The position numbers and the translations under genes are program-made. From an uncultured Chloroflexia bacterium (GTDB lineage Bacteria > Chloroflexota > Chloroflexia > Thermomicrobiales > UBA6265), in the NCBI GenBank assembly GCA_963751075.1, contig CAVVTE010000003.1, forward strand, positions 12,510 through 76,509: a DNA stretch of 64,000 nt, given 5' to 3'. Of this stretch, positions 33,162-45,859 are shown piece after piece; positions within the stretch are counted from its first letter, which is position 1, and every line of letters starts with the position of its first letter. The notes under the pieces are model-generated. The model was not told the origin of the DNA, ran no database searches, and saw nothing but the letters and a program-made list of their open reading frames with translations.

Positions 33162-33294
33162 GACCTTCCGGTGGCGTGCTGACGTTCTCCGCTCGATAAG
33201 CGGTGACGGCCGAAGCGCTCGTGTTGGCGCCGCTCAGCGACCGCAGGCAGGCGAGCAGCGTCTCGTCAATCGATGGTCGATTCGGTGAGTGCAT
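33154..33294 (-). pseudogene. Possible N-terminal remnant of a tyrosine recombinase
   Basis: GGGAGA SD; IDETLLACLRSLSGANTSASAVTAYRA resembles the XerC/D N-terminal S..T..AY motif; truncated. Confidence 0.35.
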
Positions 33295-33636
33295 ACGGGC
33301 TCTCCCGATCTCGTCTGCAACGGTAGCAACTGTGAGCAGGGGAGGGCAACACCGCGTCCTCGAGAAACGTGGTTCCGACACCTCGGGAACCGGATCGATG
33401 GAGGTTGGCGGCGCTGGGCATACAATTCCCGCGCCCAGTCGCGGACGAATCGCAGGTCGAGCATCGCCTCCAGATGGCGGCAGACGTGGCTGGCGGCAGG
33501 TGAGCCTGGTGAGCTGCCCCCAGCGACGTGATCTGCACCCGGGGCAAGGCCGCCGCCCGATAGCAGTCACTGCCCGACGACGATTGGCCGGTACGCTCAC
33601 GGGTGGCCGCGCTCGCACCTCGAGAAAGGCTGATGC

Positions 33637-34269
33637 GTGTGCCGCGTTGATCCCGCCCGCGACCCCGCCTACGCCACCACGCTGCTGCAGCGTGCCACGG
33701 CGTTACAGTTAGAAGCTGGTGCCGTCGTGCAGACGCTCGATCTGCAGGCCATGCTCGAGCGCCTGGGGTCGCCCGAACTGGTTGGCAGCGCGGTCTCCGG
33801 CTTGATGGTCTGGCGTGATATCGACTTCTCCGTCGGCTGCCCGCAGCTCACCTTGGACCACGCCTGGGACGCGCTCAGACCCCTGCTCATCAATCCCCAG
33901 GTCACGCGTCTGGACTACCGCAACGAGACCGGCGAGCGCAGTCCCACTGGGGATCCCGCCGACCAACGGCTCTACGTCGTCCTCCGCTATGAGTCGGAGC
34001 CGGGAACGGAGTGGAAGATCGACCTCTCGCTCTGGACCGTCGAGGCACCGAGCGATCCTCGCGCCCTGCTCGCCGACCTGCAACGCCGCCTGACGGACGA
34101 GACGCGCCTCGCCATTTTGTGGATCAAGGATGTCTGGCATCGGCTGCCGGTCTATCCGTATGAGGTTGGCGGCTTCGAGGTCTACGATGCGGTACTCAAC
34201 CACGGTGTGCGCACGCCGGAGGACTTCGACATCTACCTGCGCGAGCGCGGCCTGCCGGGACGCGCGTGA
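33637..34269 (+). CDS. Hypothetical protein, Pol-beta nucleotidyltransferase-like
   Basis: VGSAVSGLMVWRDIDF (GS-x-DxD), WKIDL, IL.IK, YDAVL..GVRT. Confidence 0.65.
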   Translation: MCRVDPARDPAYATTLLQRATALQLEAGAVVQTLDLQAMLERLGSPELVGSAVSGLMVWRDIDFSVGCPQLTLDHAWDALRPLLINPQVTRLDYRNETGERSPTGDPADQRLYVVLRYESEPGTEWKIDLSLWTVEAPSDPRALLADLQRRLTDETRLAILWIKDVWHRLPVYPYEVGGFEVYDAVLNHGVRTPEDFDIYLRERGLPGRA

Positions 34270-34391
34270 CTCCATTCCGTTCTTCCGATAATCAGCCAGC
34301 CTGGCAAGAAGCGGGTAACACGGTCGTCCCGAGGCTCATCCCGGGTGCGGTATCCCGGTGTGCTCAGGATTTCACGCCCCAATAGCCTGAA

Positions 34392-34811
34392 TCACGCCGT
34401 GGCATTCCCGCCCAGAATCTCCAGGTAGTGCGGGTTGTACATGATGCCCAGGATGTTGCCGAACGGGTCGATCACTGACGCGGTGACCCACCCCCCTTCA
34501 CCCCGAGGCGTGAGCGGTTCATAGACTCTCGCGCCCATCGCCGTGAGCCGCTCCAGCGTTGCCGCCACATCGTCCACGTGCCAGTACGCAACCACACCTC
34601 CCGGACCGGCGGCTGCGCCTTGCGGGGCATATCTGCTGTCGATGATGCCGAGCTCATCCTGGTAGTCGCCGAGACGGAACTCGATATAGCCGGGGTTTTC
34701 GGAGTCCGGGCGTTGGAAGTACGGCTCGATGCCCAACAGCTCGGTGTACCACGTCCTTGCCGCCTTGAGATCATCCGCCCAAAAGCTGATGGTGGCGAGC
34801 CCTCGCAACAT
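34392..34811 (-). CDS. VOC/glyoxalase family protein
   Basis: MLRGLATISFWADDL.AA..WY, YWHVDDV, DPFGN.LG; AAAGGAG SD. Confidence 0.9.
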   Translation of the reverse strand: MLRGLATISFWADDLKAARTWYTELLGIEPYFQRPDSENPGYIEFRLGDYQDELGIIDSRYAPQGAAAGPGGVVAYWHVDDVAATLERLTAMGARVYEPLTPRGEGGWVTASVIDPFGNILGIMYNPHYLEILGGNATA

Positions 34812-34892
34812 CGGTGCTCCTTTCGTCGCCGCCGCGACCTGTCGCATGTGAGGCGGTGCTGCAGCCTCTGGAAGCAGAGTACCGCGAGCTCG

Positions 34893-34908
34893 CGACAACA
34901 TGGTGTCG
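34893..34908. promoter_or_regulatory. Putative WYL-regulator operator (CGACA-N6-TGTCG); related site at 35656-35669
   Basis: Dyad CGACAACATGGTGTCG upstream of the VOC gene; CCGACACCCCTGTC upstream of the WYL gene. Confidence 0.5.
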
Positions 34909-34933
34909 GGAATTGCCGCCTGGTTCGGCAAAT

Positions 34934-35632
34934 TCACATCAGGGACGGCTCAGCCAATTCGAAGGGGAGTTCGGGCAACATGGCGTCGAGCGATCGAGGG
35001 GTAATGGACTCCCGGGTGAGGGTCGCCCGCGCGATGCGGTCGAGGCGGAAGATGCGGGGCGCCTGGCGCAGACGGCACCAGGCGGCCAGGTACCAGCCCG
35101 TGCTGACGCCGAAGAGACCGGACGGCTCGACGACGCGGACGGTTTCGCGATCCTGACCATCCCGATAGGTCAGCTCAATGGCGACGGAGTCGAGCAGCGC
35201 CTGCTGCATGACCTGTGATACCGGGTCGACCGGGCTGCTGGGAGCCTGCGCGACGCGGATTTGGCTGGCCAGTTTGGACGCGGACTCCCTGGGCGCGGCA
35301 GCCATAACCGCCGCCAGCTTCTTGAGCGCAGAGCGGCCAGCCGTGGCGAAGGGCATGGTGTGAGTGGCAGCCAGGGCCGTAGCCAGCGCGGTAGCCTCGG
35401 CGGGGGTGAGGTTCAATGGGGGCAGGGTGGTGTCGACGTTGAGGCTATACCCGCCGCCGGGTCCGGGACGGGCCCAGATCGGCACCCCGGCCTCCTGCAG
35501 AGCCAGCAAGTCGCGCTCGATCGTGCGCGTGGTCACGTCGAAATGCTTGGCGAGCTCGGCGGCGCGCATCGTCCGCGGCGCGCGAGCGCGCAACTCCTCG
35601 ACGAGCGCATACAGCCGATCGGTACGATTCAT
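34934..35632 (-). CDS. YafY-like HTH-WYL transcriptional regulator
   Basis: MNRTDRLYALVEELR, TIERDL.AL, GPGGGY, WYLAAWCRLR...R.FRLDRI. Confidence 0.92.
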   Translation of the reverse strand: MNRTDRLYALVEELRARAPRTMRAAELAKHFDVTTRTIERDLLALQEAGVPIWARPGPGGGYSLNVDTTLPPLNLTPAEATALATALAATHTMPFATAGRSALKKLAAVMAAAPRESASKLASQIRVAQAPSSPVDPVSQVMQQALLDSVAIELTYRDGQDRETVRVVEPSGLFGVSTGWYLAAWCRLRQAPRIFRLDRIARATLTRESITPRSLDAMLPELPFELAEPSLM

Positions 35633-35811
35633 GCCAAATAGGGTAGCGCGAAAACCCGACACCCCTGTCCCGGCATTTGCTGAGGGGCGGTGTTTCCTTG
35701 GACCAAAATCATTGTCGTTAGTTGGATCCCCGCTTCGCCCGGCTGACACGAGATCCGGATGATGAGCGCCGGCACCGCGCCTCGGTCGCTCCCAGTCCCC
35801 CGCCCTGCCTC

Positions 35812-35841
35812 TCGTAGTCTTCGTAGCCTTCGTAGTCTTCG
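35812..35841. repeat. 9-bp tandem repeat x3
   Basis: TCGTAGTCT TCGTAGCCT TCGTAGTCT. Confidence 0.7.
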
Positions 35842-36183
35842 GAATCTTCCATAACACTCATCCGCCAGCGGGATGCCCCGCCCCCGCCACCCAGCGCAGG
35901 GATCACCCGGATTCCGTATGAGCCCCGCGCGGCCACAAGTTTGGCGACTGGAGGACCCATCGGGCGCGATCCGAAAAGCGCATGCCGCGAAAATGCTCCG
36001 CCTCGGGGACGCGGAATCAGCGAACTCGAGGCTCCACGATTAGCTCATCGGCGTCCCGATCGTCCTCCGGGACGCCTCCGCTGATGCGCCGAGTATCCGG
36101 AAGCCGACCGACTCGTACGAACCGCGCGCCGGGGAGCCAGCATGCCCCGCCACAGCGACGTCGATCTCACATTGGTTACCCTC

Positions 36184-36232
36184 TTGACTTTTAGAGTAAT
36201 TACTCTATGATGCGGTTAGAGCAATTACTCTA
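36184..36232 (+). promoter_or_regulatory. Sigma70 promoter overlapped by two palindromic TetR operators
   Basis: TTGACT-16nt-TATGAT; TAGAGTAATTACTCTA 36192-36207 and TAGAGCAATTACTCTA 36217-36232. Confidence 0.8.
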
Positions 36233-36262
36233 AGACGCCAGGTTGGAGGGCCGGGGCCGCCC

Positions 36263-36907
36263 ATGCATAACCGGGAACGCATCGTCGACACGGCCATCGC
36301 CCTCTTCAACGAGCAGGGCACCGGTTCCGTCACGACGAACCACATTGCCCAGGCCATGGGTATCAGTCCCGGCAACCTCTACTACCACTTCCGCAACAAG
36401 GAAGAGATCATCCGTGCGATCTATGCCCGCATGCGCCCCGCCTGGGAGGCGGCCTCCGCCTTGCCGGCTAACCGGCCGCCAACCGTAGCCGACCTGCGGC
36501 GCATCCTCGCCAACCACGCCCGCGTCGTCTGGGCTTACCGCTTCTACTACCGGGAGTTGCCGGCCCTGCTGCGGCGGGACCCCGAGCTGGCCGGCGAGTA
36601 CCGAGAGGTGCGACGGGCCGCCCTCACCAACATCGAGACGCTGTTGAGGCATTGCGTTGAGGCCGAAGTCCTCGTGGTGCCCGACGCCGACGCGGCGCTG
36701 CCTGAGTTAGCCCAGGTGTGCTGGGTCCTCGCGGACTTCTGGCTCCCATTCGCGGAACTTGGCGACGATCCCGTCGGTCCGGACGATCTCGACCGCGGCG
36801 TCGCCCTCATCATGCGGGTGCTGAGCCCGTACTTCACCGCCGACTACCGTGGCGGAGTTGCGCGTCTGGAGCGGGTCGACGGCCACCGGAAAGGCGTTGT
36901 CTTGTGA
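36263..36907 (+). CDS. TetR/AcrR family regulator
   Basis: RERIVDTA..LFNEQG...VTTNHIA..MGISPGNLYYHFRNKEEI. Confidence 0.93.
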   Translation: MHNRERIVDTAIALFNEQGTGSVTTNHIAQAMGISPGNLYYHFRNKEEIIRAIYARMRPAWEAASALPANRPPTVADLRRILANHARVVWAYRFYYRELPALLRRDPELAGEYREVRRAALTNIETLLRHCVEAEVLVVPDADAALPELAQVCWVLADFWLPFAELGDDPVGPDDLDRGVALIMRVLSPYFTADYRGGVARLERVDGHRKGVVL

Positions 36908-37186
36908 CTGAAACCGACTCGGTCGGTACGAACGCGAAGCGAGAGGAGAGTGTGGATCGTAACGACGGCGGCCGGAATCGGTGTTGATCAGAGCTTCACG
37001 AACTTCGGCGCCAGTGGCGCCATCGTCGTCACCAACCAGTGGTCTCCTGCTCGTCCTGCTGCTCTGCGCTCCCCACCCGGTCACCGTGGTGGCGCTGCCG
37101 ACCGCCGGGGGAGCCTGATGCCGCCGGAGCGGGTGACCACCTGCGTCCATCACTGCCATCTCTTCTTATATAGAAGGAGCCGTGTC

Positions 37187-37939
37187 ATGAGCAACCGCAC
37201 CCGTGTACTGACGGCGACGCTGCTGATCATGGTCCCCGTCCTGTTCATGCTCTTCTACGGGCTGTTGACGATGACCTTTGATTACCCGGGGATCCTGCGC
37301 GAGCCGGCCGGGGAGATCTTGCGCCGCTTCGCCGCGGGCGGCCCCTCCCTGGTGCTGCTGTGGTACGGCTTCGCCCTGACTCCGGCGCTCTTCATTCCCG
37401 CGGCCATCCTGCTGCGCCGAGCCTTCCCCGCCACCACCCCACTCCTTGACCTGGCCGTCCCGCTGGGCGTGCTGGCCGGATTGGTACAGGTGCTGGGGCT
37501 CATCCGCTGGCCGTTTCTGGTGCCGGAGCTGGCGCGGACCTTTCTCGACCCCGCGGCCAGCGAGGCCACCCAGGCGGCGGCCCTAATCGTCTTTGGCGCC
37601 TTCCATCAGTACGCCGGTGTCGCGATCGGGGAGCACCTCGGCTACCTGTTCACGGGTGTGTGGACGCTCGTCATTGCCGGCGCGATGCTGAAATCACCCC
37701 TGTTCCGACCGTGGTTGGGCTGGGCTGGGATCGTCTCCGCCCTCGGCATCCTGGTTGGGCTCCTTGAGCCAACCGGGATTGCCCTCGCCGGAACGATCAA
37801 TGCCGTGGCGTACCTCGCCTGGTCGCTCTGGCTCGTCGCAATCGGCGTCTCGCTGCTGCGGGTACACCCGCAGGTGGCGGACAGTCCCGCTACGGCCTCT
37901 GCCATTCCAGCGTACGCGCCACTCGGCACCCGACCGTAA
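37187..37939 (+). CDS. DUF4386-like membrane protein
   Basis: TFDYP.ILR.P, Q.LGL.RWPF.VP.LA, HQYAGVAIGEHLGYLFTG.W; AAGGAG SD. Confidence 0.75.
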   Translation: MSNRTRVLTATLLIMVPVLFMLFYGLLTMTFDYPGILREPAGEILRRFAAGGPSLVLLWYGFALTPALFIPAAILLRRAFPATTPLLDLAVPLGVLAGLVQVLGLIRWPFLVPELARTFLDPAASEATQAAALIVFGAFHQYAGVAIGEHLGYLFTGVWTLVIAGAMLKSPLFRPWLGWAGIVSALGILVGLLEPTGIALAGTINAVAYLAWSLWLVAIGVSLLRVHPQVADSPATASAIPAYAPLGTRP

Positions 37940-37988
37940 CCCTGTCAACCACGACCGACCAATTCCATCGATGACGGAAAGGACACCG

Positions 37989-38105
37989 ATGACGCAGACG
38001 ACCGAGAGCAGGGATCTGCACGTGGTCTTCGGTGCCATCGGTGGGGCGGGGGACGCCATCGTGCGCGAGCCGGCCGGACCGGCAAGGATGGAAACGCGCG
38101 GGTAG
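37989..38105 (+). pseudogene. Truncated NAD-dependent epimerase/dehydratase N-terminus
   Basis: AAAGGA SD; LHVVFGAIGGAGDAIVRE Rossmann start, then abrupt loss of similarity. Confidence 0.55.
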
Positions 38106-38253
38106 CTGGCGGCCCAGCCCGCCCGATGCGCCAGCAGCCGCGGCACTGGATTGCGGCATTCGGTCGTGCCGTCGGGTCAGGAAGGAGGCGAGGAGCGGGC
38201 GTTGCCGCCCTCTTCTGTACGCACCTCGTCGAACATGAGAAAGAGGACACCCG

Positions 38254-39171
38254 ATGATGATCCAGAGAAGGGCATTTGTTGTCCTTGCCGCGACTGCGGG
38301 GACCTCCCTGGTCGCTCCGGCTCGGAGCTTTGCTCAGGCGGAGGCCACTCCGGCGACATCCATGACGGAGACAACCCCGCGGACCGGATACGCTCCGGTC
38401 AACGGACTGCAGATGTACTACGAGATCCACGGCAGCGGTGAGCCGCTGGTCCTGCTCCATGGCGCCTTTGGGGCCATCGACCTGTGGGGCCCGATCCTCA
38501 CCACCCTGGCCGAGACCCACCAGGTCATCGCCGTCGAGTTTCAGGGCCATGGGCACACCGCCGACATCATCGACCGCCCCCTCGGCTACGAGCAACTGGC
38601 CGACGACGTCGCGGCGCTGATGAACCATCTCGGCATCGAACAAGCCGACATCGTCGGCTACAGCATGGGCGGCACCACCGGTCTGCAACTGGCGATCCGA
38701 CATCCGGATCTCGTGCGCAAGCTGGTGGCCATTTCGCCGAACTACAGCTCCGATGGCTACTACCCGGAGCTCCTCGCGGGTCTTCAGGTGATGACTCCGG
38801 ACATCTTCGCCGGAACGCCGCACGAGGCAGCGTACCTGCGTCACGCGCCGAACCCGGAAGACTTCCCGGTGCTGGTCGAGAAGCAGAGCGTCTTACCACA
38901 GGCGTTTGCCTTTCCGGAGGAGGACATCGCGGGAATCGCGGCGCCGACGCTGGTTGTCCTCGGCGATTCCGACGTCGTCCGTCCCGAGCACGCGGTGGAG
39001 CTCTTTCGCCTCCTCGGGGGCGGCGTTCCCGGCGATCTCGTCGGTCTCCCCAGCTCCCAGCTCGCCATCCTCCCCGGCACCACGCACGGCACAATCGTGC
39101 TCGAACCCACCGACCAGCTGCTGGCGATGATCGAGCCCTTTCTCTCGGCGCCGATGCCCGACGCAGCGTAA
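38254..39171 (+). CDS. Alpha/beta hydrolase with Tat-like signal
   Basis: QRRAF signal; YYEIHGSGEPLVLLHG, GYSMGG, GDSD, PGTTH. Confidence 0.9.
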   Translation: MMIQRRAFVVLAATAGTSLVAPARSFAQAEATPATSMTETTPRTGYAPVNGLQMYYEIHGSGEPLVLLHGAFGAIDLWGPILTTLAETHQVIAVEFQGHGHTADIIDRPLGYEQLADDVAALMNHLGIEQADIVGYSMGGTTGLQLAIRHPDLVRKLVAISPNYSSDGYYPELLAGLQVMTPDIFAGTPHEAAYLRHAPNPEDFPVLVEKQSVLPQAFAFPEEDIAGIAAPTLVVLGDSDVVRPEHAVELFRLLGGGVPGDLVGLPSSQLAILPGTTHGTIVLEPTDQLLAMIEPFLSAPMPDAA

Positions 39172-39180
39172 CCCCCATTC

Positions 39181-39267
39181 CGGCGTGGTCATTCTGCCTG
39201 TGGAAATAGCGGCATGGTCATATTGCCCGTGGAAATAGCGGCATGGTCGTGCTGCTTGTGGACGGGT
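39181..39267. repeat. 29-bp tandem repeat x3 (degenerate)
   Basis: CGGCGTGGTCATTCTGCCTGTGGAAATAG / CGGCATGGTCATATTGCCCGTGGAAATAG / CGGCATGGTCGTGCTGCTTGTGGA. Confidence 0.8.
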
Positions 39268-39557
39268 TGAAAGGCCAAACACTCAACAGCAACATGATCA
39301 TGCCGGTAGGCGTCTAACCCGCGATCCGCAACCATGGCCTGTCGCAGAAGAGAACGGCTTGTTGAAGATCTCCCCGGTTGCTTCTTCCCACTTTTTTCCA
39401 CAGGCTTGCTCGCTATTGGACCCCTCCGGTTCCCTTCCTATTCCCTGTTAGGAGCGGTCCGAAGTAATGCTAGGCAGCAAATCAGATGAATACAGGATAA
39501 GATAGGCTTCGTATGAGCCGGCATCGATGCCGGACTGTTTCGAGGAAGGAGCCTGCC

Positions 39558-40094
39558 ATGTCCCGCCTTGCACGCCTCGTCTCCGTCATCGCGCTTGTTG
39601 GACTCTTCGCCGCCGTTCCCGTTCTGCGGACTTCTGCGCAAGATGGTACGCCCGCCGCCATAGGCGTCGAGGCGACGCAATCAATCATCGATGCTTATCT
39701 GGCGGCTCTCGTAGCCCGCGAGGACATCGCTCCCTTCTTCAGCGACGACGTCGTCCTGGACTTGGTGGACGTCGAGCAGCAAATCCAGGGACGGGATGCG
39801 GTCGCCGGCGCGATCGTCGCGCTGCACGAGCAGACCTTCGACGCCCGTCCCGAGCTGACCAACCTCATTGTCGGAGAGGGGACGGCGGCGGTGGAGGCGA
39901 TTTTCGTCGGCACGCACACCGGCGAGTTTGCGGGCATTCCGGCAACGGGCCGGCAAGTAGCGGTGCCGTACGCGGTCTTCTACGACGTGGACAATGGGGA
40001 GATTACGGCTCTGCGAATCCATGGCTTTGCAAGTGGACTCGTGGCGCAATTGACGGCTGAGGCAAGCCCGGCGGCTGGAACACCCGTGCCGTAG
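39558..40094 (+). CDS. Secreted SnoaL-like ester cyclase
   Basis: Signal peptide; GTHTGEFAGIPATGRQV; AAGGAG SD. Confidence 0.85.
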   Translation: MSRLARLVSVIALVGLFAAVPVLRTSAQDGTPAAIGVEATQSIIDAYLAALVAREDIAPFFSDDVVLDLVDVEQQIQGRDAVAGAIVALHEQTFDARPELTNLIVGEGTAAVEAIFVGTHTGEFAGIPATGRQVAVPYAVFYDVDNGEITALRIHGFASGLVAQLTAEASPAAGTPVP

Positions 40095-40121
40095 CCAGAC
40101 TCTTCTACTCAGCGGGGCGCC

Positions 40122-40428
40122 ATGCGTGAGCTGCCCTCCGGCGCCGTCACCTTCCTCTTCACTGCTCAGCGGAGCGCCATGCATGAGGTGTCCTCCGGCA
40201 CCGTCACCTTCCATTTCACAGACATTGAGGGGAGCACCCGCCTCTGGGAGCGTGATCCAGCCAGGATGCGTGCCGCCGTAACACGCCATGACGAACTCCT
40301 CGGCGCTGCGGTTCAGGCTCACCATGGCTCCCTCTACAAGCATGTCGGTGACGCGGTCCAGGCGGCCTTCTTCACGCCAACACATGCCCTGGCGGCCGCC
40401 GTTGCCGCCCAACGTGCCCTGGCCGGCA
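40122..40428 (+). pseudogene. Class III adenylate/guanylate cyclase N-terminal fragment with duplicated start
   Basis: LPSG.VTFLFT then TVTFHFTDIEGSTRLWE...VGDAVQAAF..ALAAAVAAQRAL; truncated. Confidence 0.8.
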
Positions 40429-40516
40429 CCGGCAGGAGGCGCTCGAGCATCGCAATCGTCCGTTCCTGGTCCGCCGCGGCATCATGGAGGATGATCACGC
40501 CGCCGGGGTGGACGTT
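40429..40516 (-). pseudogene. 88-bp fragment of a polysaccharide deacetylase gene
   Basis: About 90% identical (9 mismatches by eye) to 32522-32609; encodes NVHPGGVIILHDAAADQERT. Confidence 0.85.
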
Positions 40517-40558
40517 TCGGTGTTGGGACACCGCGCAAGGGAACTGGGGAAGACGCTG

Positions 40559-41248
40559 ATGGCGAGCAAGAACGCGCCGACCGAGGTCTATCTGGAACTC
40601 GGGCAGAAGAAGGTTTTTGCCGGGGCGCTCGACTGGCCGGGCTGGTGCCGGAGTAGGCGCGACGAGGAGGCGGCGCTCGCATCCCTCATCGCGTACGGGT
40701 CGCGCTACGCCGAGATCGTCTCGCGGACGCCGATCGACTTCGTGCCGCCGGACGATCCGGCCGCCTTCACAGTCGTCGAGCGGCTCACGGGCAATAGCAC
40801 GACCGATTTCGGGGCGCCGGACGTCGCGCCCTCACGTGACGCGGAGCCGTTCGATGAGGCATCGCGCGAGCGCTCCGAGGCGATCCTGGCGGCGATCTGG
40901 CAAGCGTTCGATCAGGCGGTGCGGGCGGCGGAGGGGAAGGAGCTCCGCAAAGGCCCACGCGGCGGTGGCCGCGACCCCGACGGGATCGTGCGACATGTCC
41001 TGGGGGCCGACGCGGCGTATCTGCGCCGCGTCGGGCAGAAGTTCAGTCAGGACGAAGGGGCGCCGCTGGACGACGAACTGCGGCGGACGCGCGAGGCGAT
41101 CCGCACTGCGCTGGCGGCTGGGGCGCGTGGGGAGATCCCGCTCCAGGGTCCGCGCGGCGGCACGCTCTGGACCCCGCACTACTTCGTGCGGCGCGTCGCC
41201 TGGCATACCATCGATCATCTCTGGGAGATCGAGGATCGGATCTTGTGA
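40559..41248 (+). CDS. Conserved hypothetical protein (DinB-like C-terminus)
   Basis: KKVFAGALDWPGWCR, TTDFGAP, LRKGPRGGGRD, RR.AWH..DHLWEIEDR. Confidence 0.75.
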   Translation: MASKNAPTEVYLELGQKKVFAGALDWPGWCRSRRDEEAALASLIAYGSRYAEIVSRTPIDFVPPDDPAAFTVVERLTGNSTTDFGAPDVAPSRDAEPFDEASRERSEAILAAIWQAFDQAVRAAEGKELRKGPRGGGRDPDGIVRHVLGADAAYLRRVGQKFSQDEGAPLDDELRRTREAIRTALAAGARGEIPLQGPRGGTLWTPHYFVRRVAWHTIDHLWEIEDRIL

Positions 41249-41258
41249 GCGGTGGTGA

Positions 41259-43724
<2,466 letters not shown>

Positions 43725-43726
43725 GA

Positions 43727-44508
43727 CTAGTCAGCCGCGCCGCGAGTCCCCTCCAACCCCGGCACCACCGGGTAGCGCGTCAACACCAGCGGATCGTGAC
43801 CGGGAATGACGTGGTCGGGCGAGTCGGCCAACGCGCGAATCGTCTCGAAGGCGTCGTACATCTGGGGCAGGTCGCTCACGATGCGGAAGGGGCGATCCTC
43901 TTCGATATTGGCGTAGTAGTGCGCTGCATCCGAAGCCAGGACAACCCGGCCACGCACGTCTCAACACAGACAATCTGAAGCCCAGCCGCGTGACCACCCG
44001 ACGTGGTGAACGGTGATTCCCGGCACGATCTCCGCCGCGCCGTCGACGAAGCGGACTCGCCCGGCGAAGTTCTGGCGAACGAGCTCCAGAATATCCTCCG
44101 GCTCCACGACCCAGAGGAAGCCGCCCTTACTGGCGTAGCGGCCAGTCCAGAAGGCCATCTCGCGGTCCTGCACGACAAAGCTCGCGTTCGGGAAGTCAGC
44201 GACGTTCCGAATATGGTCGTTGTGGAAATGGGTCAGGATGACGTGTCGGATGGTCTCGCTCGCGATACCAAGCTGGTGCAACCCCTCGGCTGGGGTGTGG
44301 AGGAAGACGAGCGACCGCGCCGCGCCGCGGTTTCGGCTGTGAAGCCGCAGTCGATGACGACGGTGCGCTCCGGCGAGACCGCGGCCCAGACGAAGAAATC
44401 CATGGGCGTTGGTCCGTCGTGCGGATCGTTGCGATAGAACCGCGTGCCGTGTGGGGCCATGCTCTCCGCGTACTTGAGGGCATACAACTCGTACGAGCAG
44501 CTGGACAT
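43727..44508 (-). CDS. N-acyl homoserine lactonase-like MBL hydrolase (several frameshifts)
   Basis: DPHDGP.PMDFFVW, IDCGF, ILTHFHNDH, GH.AG.Q, LASDAAH, IPGHDP spread over three frames. Confidence 0.8.
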
Positions 44509-44626
44509 AAGCTCTCCTTCGCGGGCAGCCGGATTCGAAGGATCACGGTCAGCGTTCGTTTCTGAAACCCAATTCGCCGCGTTCGGATCGCTCCACGCGC
44601 CGAGAAGCAACTCTCGCAGCAGGCCC

Positions 44627-45859
44627 TCAGAGTGCGGTGGCTCGTTCGGCGATCTGCGCCGCAAGGTAGGCCGCGTCCTCGCCGATCCAGCGAACAGGCC
44701 GGACTTCGCGAGTGCAGCCAGTCCAAGCCGAGGACGTACAGGCCCGGCACCGCCGTCACCCGCGGCGCTGAACCGGGTACCCCTCCGCATCCAGGATCGG
44801 CAGCCGCACCCAGCTCGAAGTCAGGCCGATAGCCGGTGGCCCAGACCACGGTGCTCACCCCGCCGCGTCCAGATCCAGTTCCGCTGGCGTCCCCGCGCGA
44901 GCTCCGCCGCCGGGCGAAGATAGTCGGGCGGATCTGCCGGCGGCGCATCCAGACCCTGCTCCCGGATGTGATCGTCGATCGCTCGCAGACGTACCCATCG
45001 CCTGCTCATCGCCCACCGCCAAGTTCTCGGCCAGGTCCGGAGCGAGGGTGATTGTCCCGTCCGGGATACCCTGTAGGCGACCCAACAGCACCACCCCTTC
45101 CGCCGCCAACGTGTGCACGTTGAGGTCGCGCCCGCCGCCGCTGCCCGTGAACTGCGGGTTCGGCAAGCCGGCCCGGGCCCCGGGCGGGAGGCTGTCGACG
45201 GTCCGGTCGAACCAGCCCACCGCACGGAGCCAGAGCGAGAGATCCAGGCCACGGTAGCGACGCGGCGCCCACCAACTGCGGCCGACCGATAGTTAGACCA
45301 TCCGCCCCGCTCGTCCCAGCTCCTCGGCGATCTGGAGCCCGCCTGGCCGATCACCACAAGCACCGCTCCGGGTGGCAGCGCCGCCGAGTTCCGATAGTCG
45401 TAGGGAACAACCTGCGCTATGTGAACAGGCAGGTCCGCCGAAAGGTTTGGAATGAACGGTCGCTGCAGCGCTCCGGTGGCAACGACGACCTCAGCGGCCG
45501 CGTACGTCCCCTCCTCGATCCGCACCAGGAAGCCGGCACCGTTCGGGTCGGGCGCGACCGCGGCCACCCGCACCCCGTCACGCACCGGGGCGCGGAACGA
45601 GCGGGCGTAGGCCTCCAGGTGAGCCAGCCACCTCATCCTTGCCCATGAAGCCGTCGGGATCGGCGCCATAGAATCTTGGTTGTTCAGACATCTGTTCGCC
45701 CGATGGCCGCCAAACCCCATCACTTGTGCGCCAGCTCTCCGCAATGCGTCCCTGCTCGAGCACGACGTGCGGTCGACTCTGCTCAGTCAAGCAGAAGCTC
45801 ACGGCGAGACCGGCCTGACCGCCCCCAATGACGACGACCTCGGTCGGCTGGGAGCTCAC
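44627..45859 (-). CDS. Flavin-containing monooxygenase-like oxidoreductase (heavily frameshifted)
   Basis: VIGGGQAGLA, ATG, YRN..ALP.GAVLVV, VVWATGYRPDF, PGLYVLGL.W. Confidence 0.75.
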
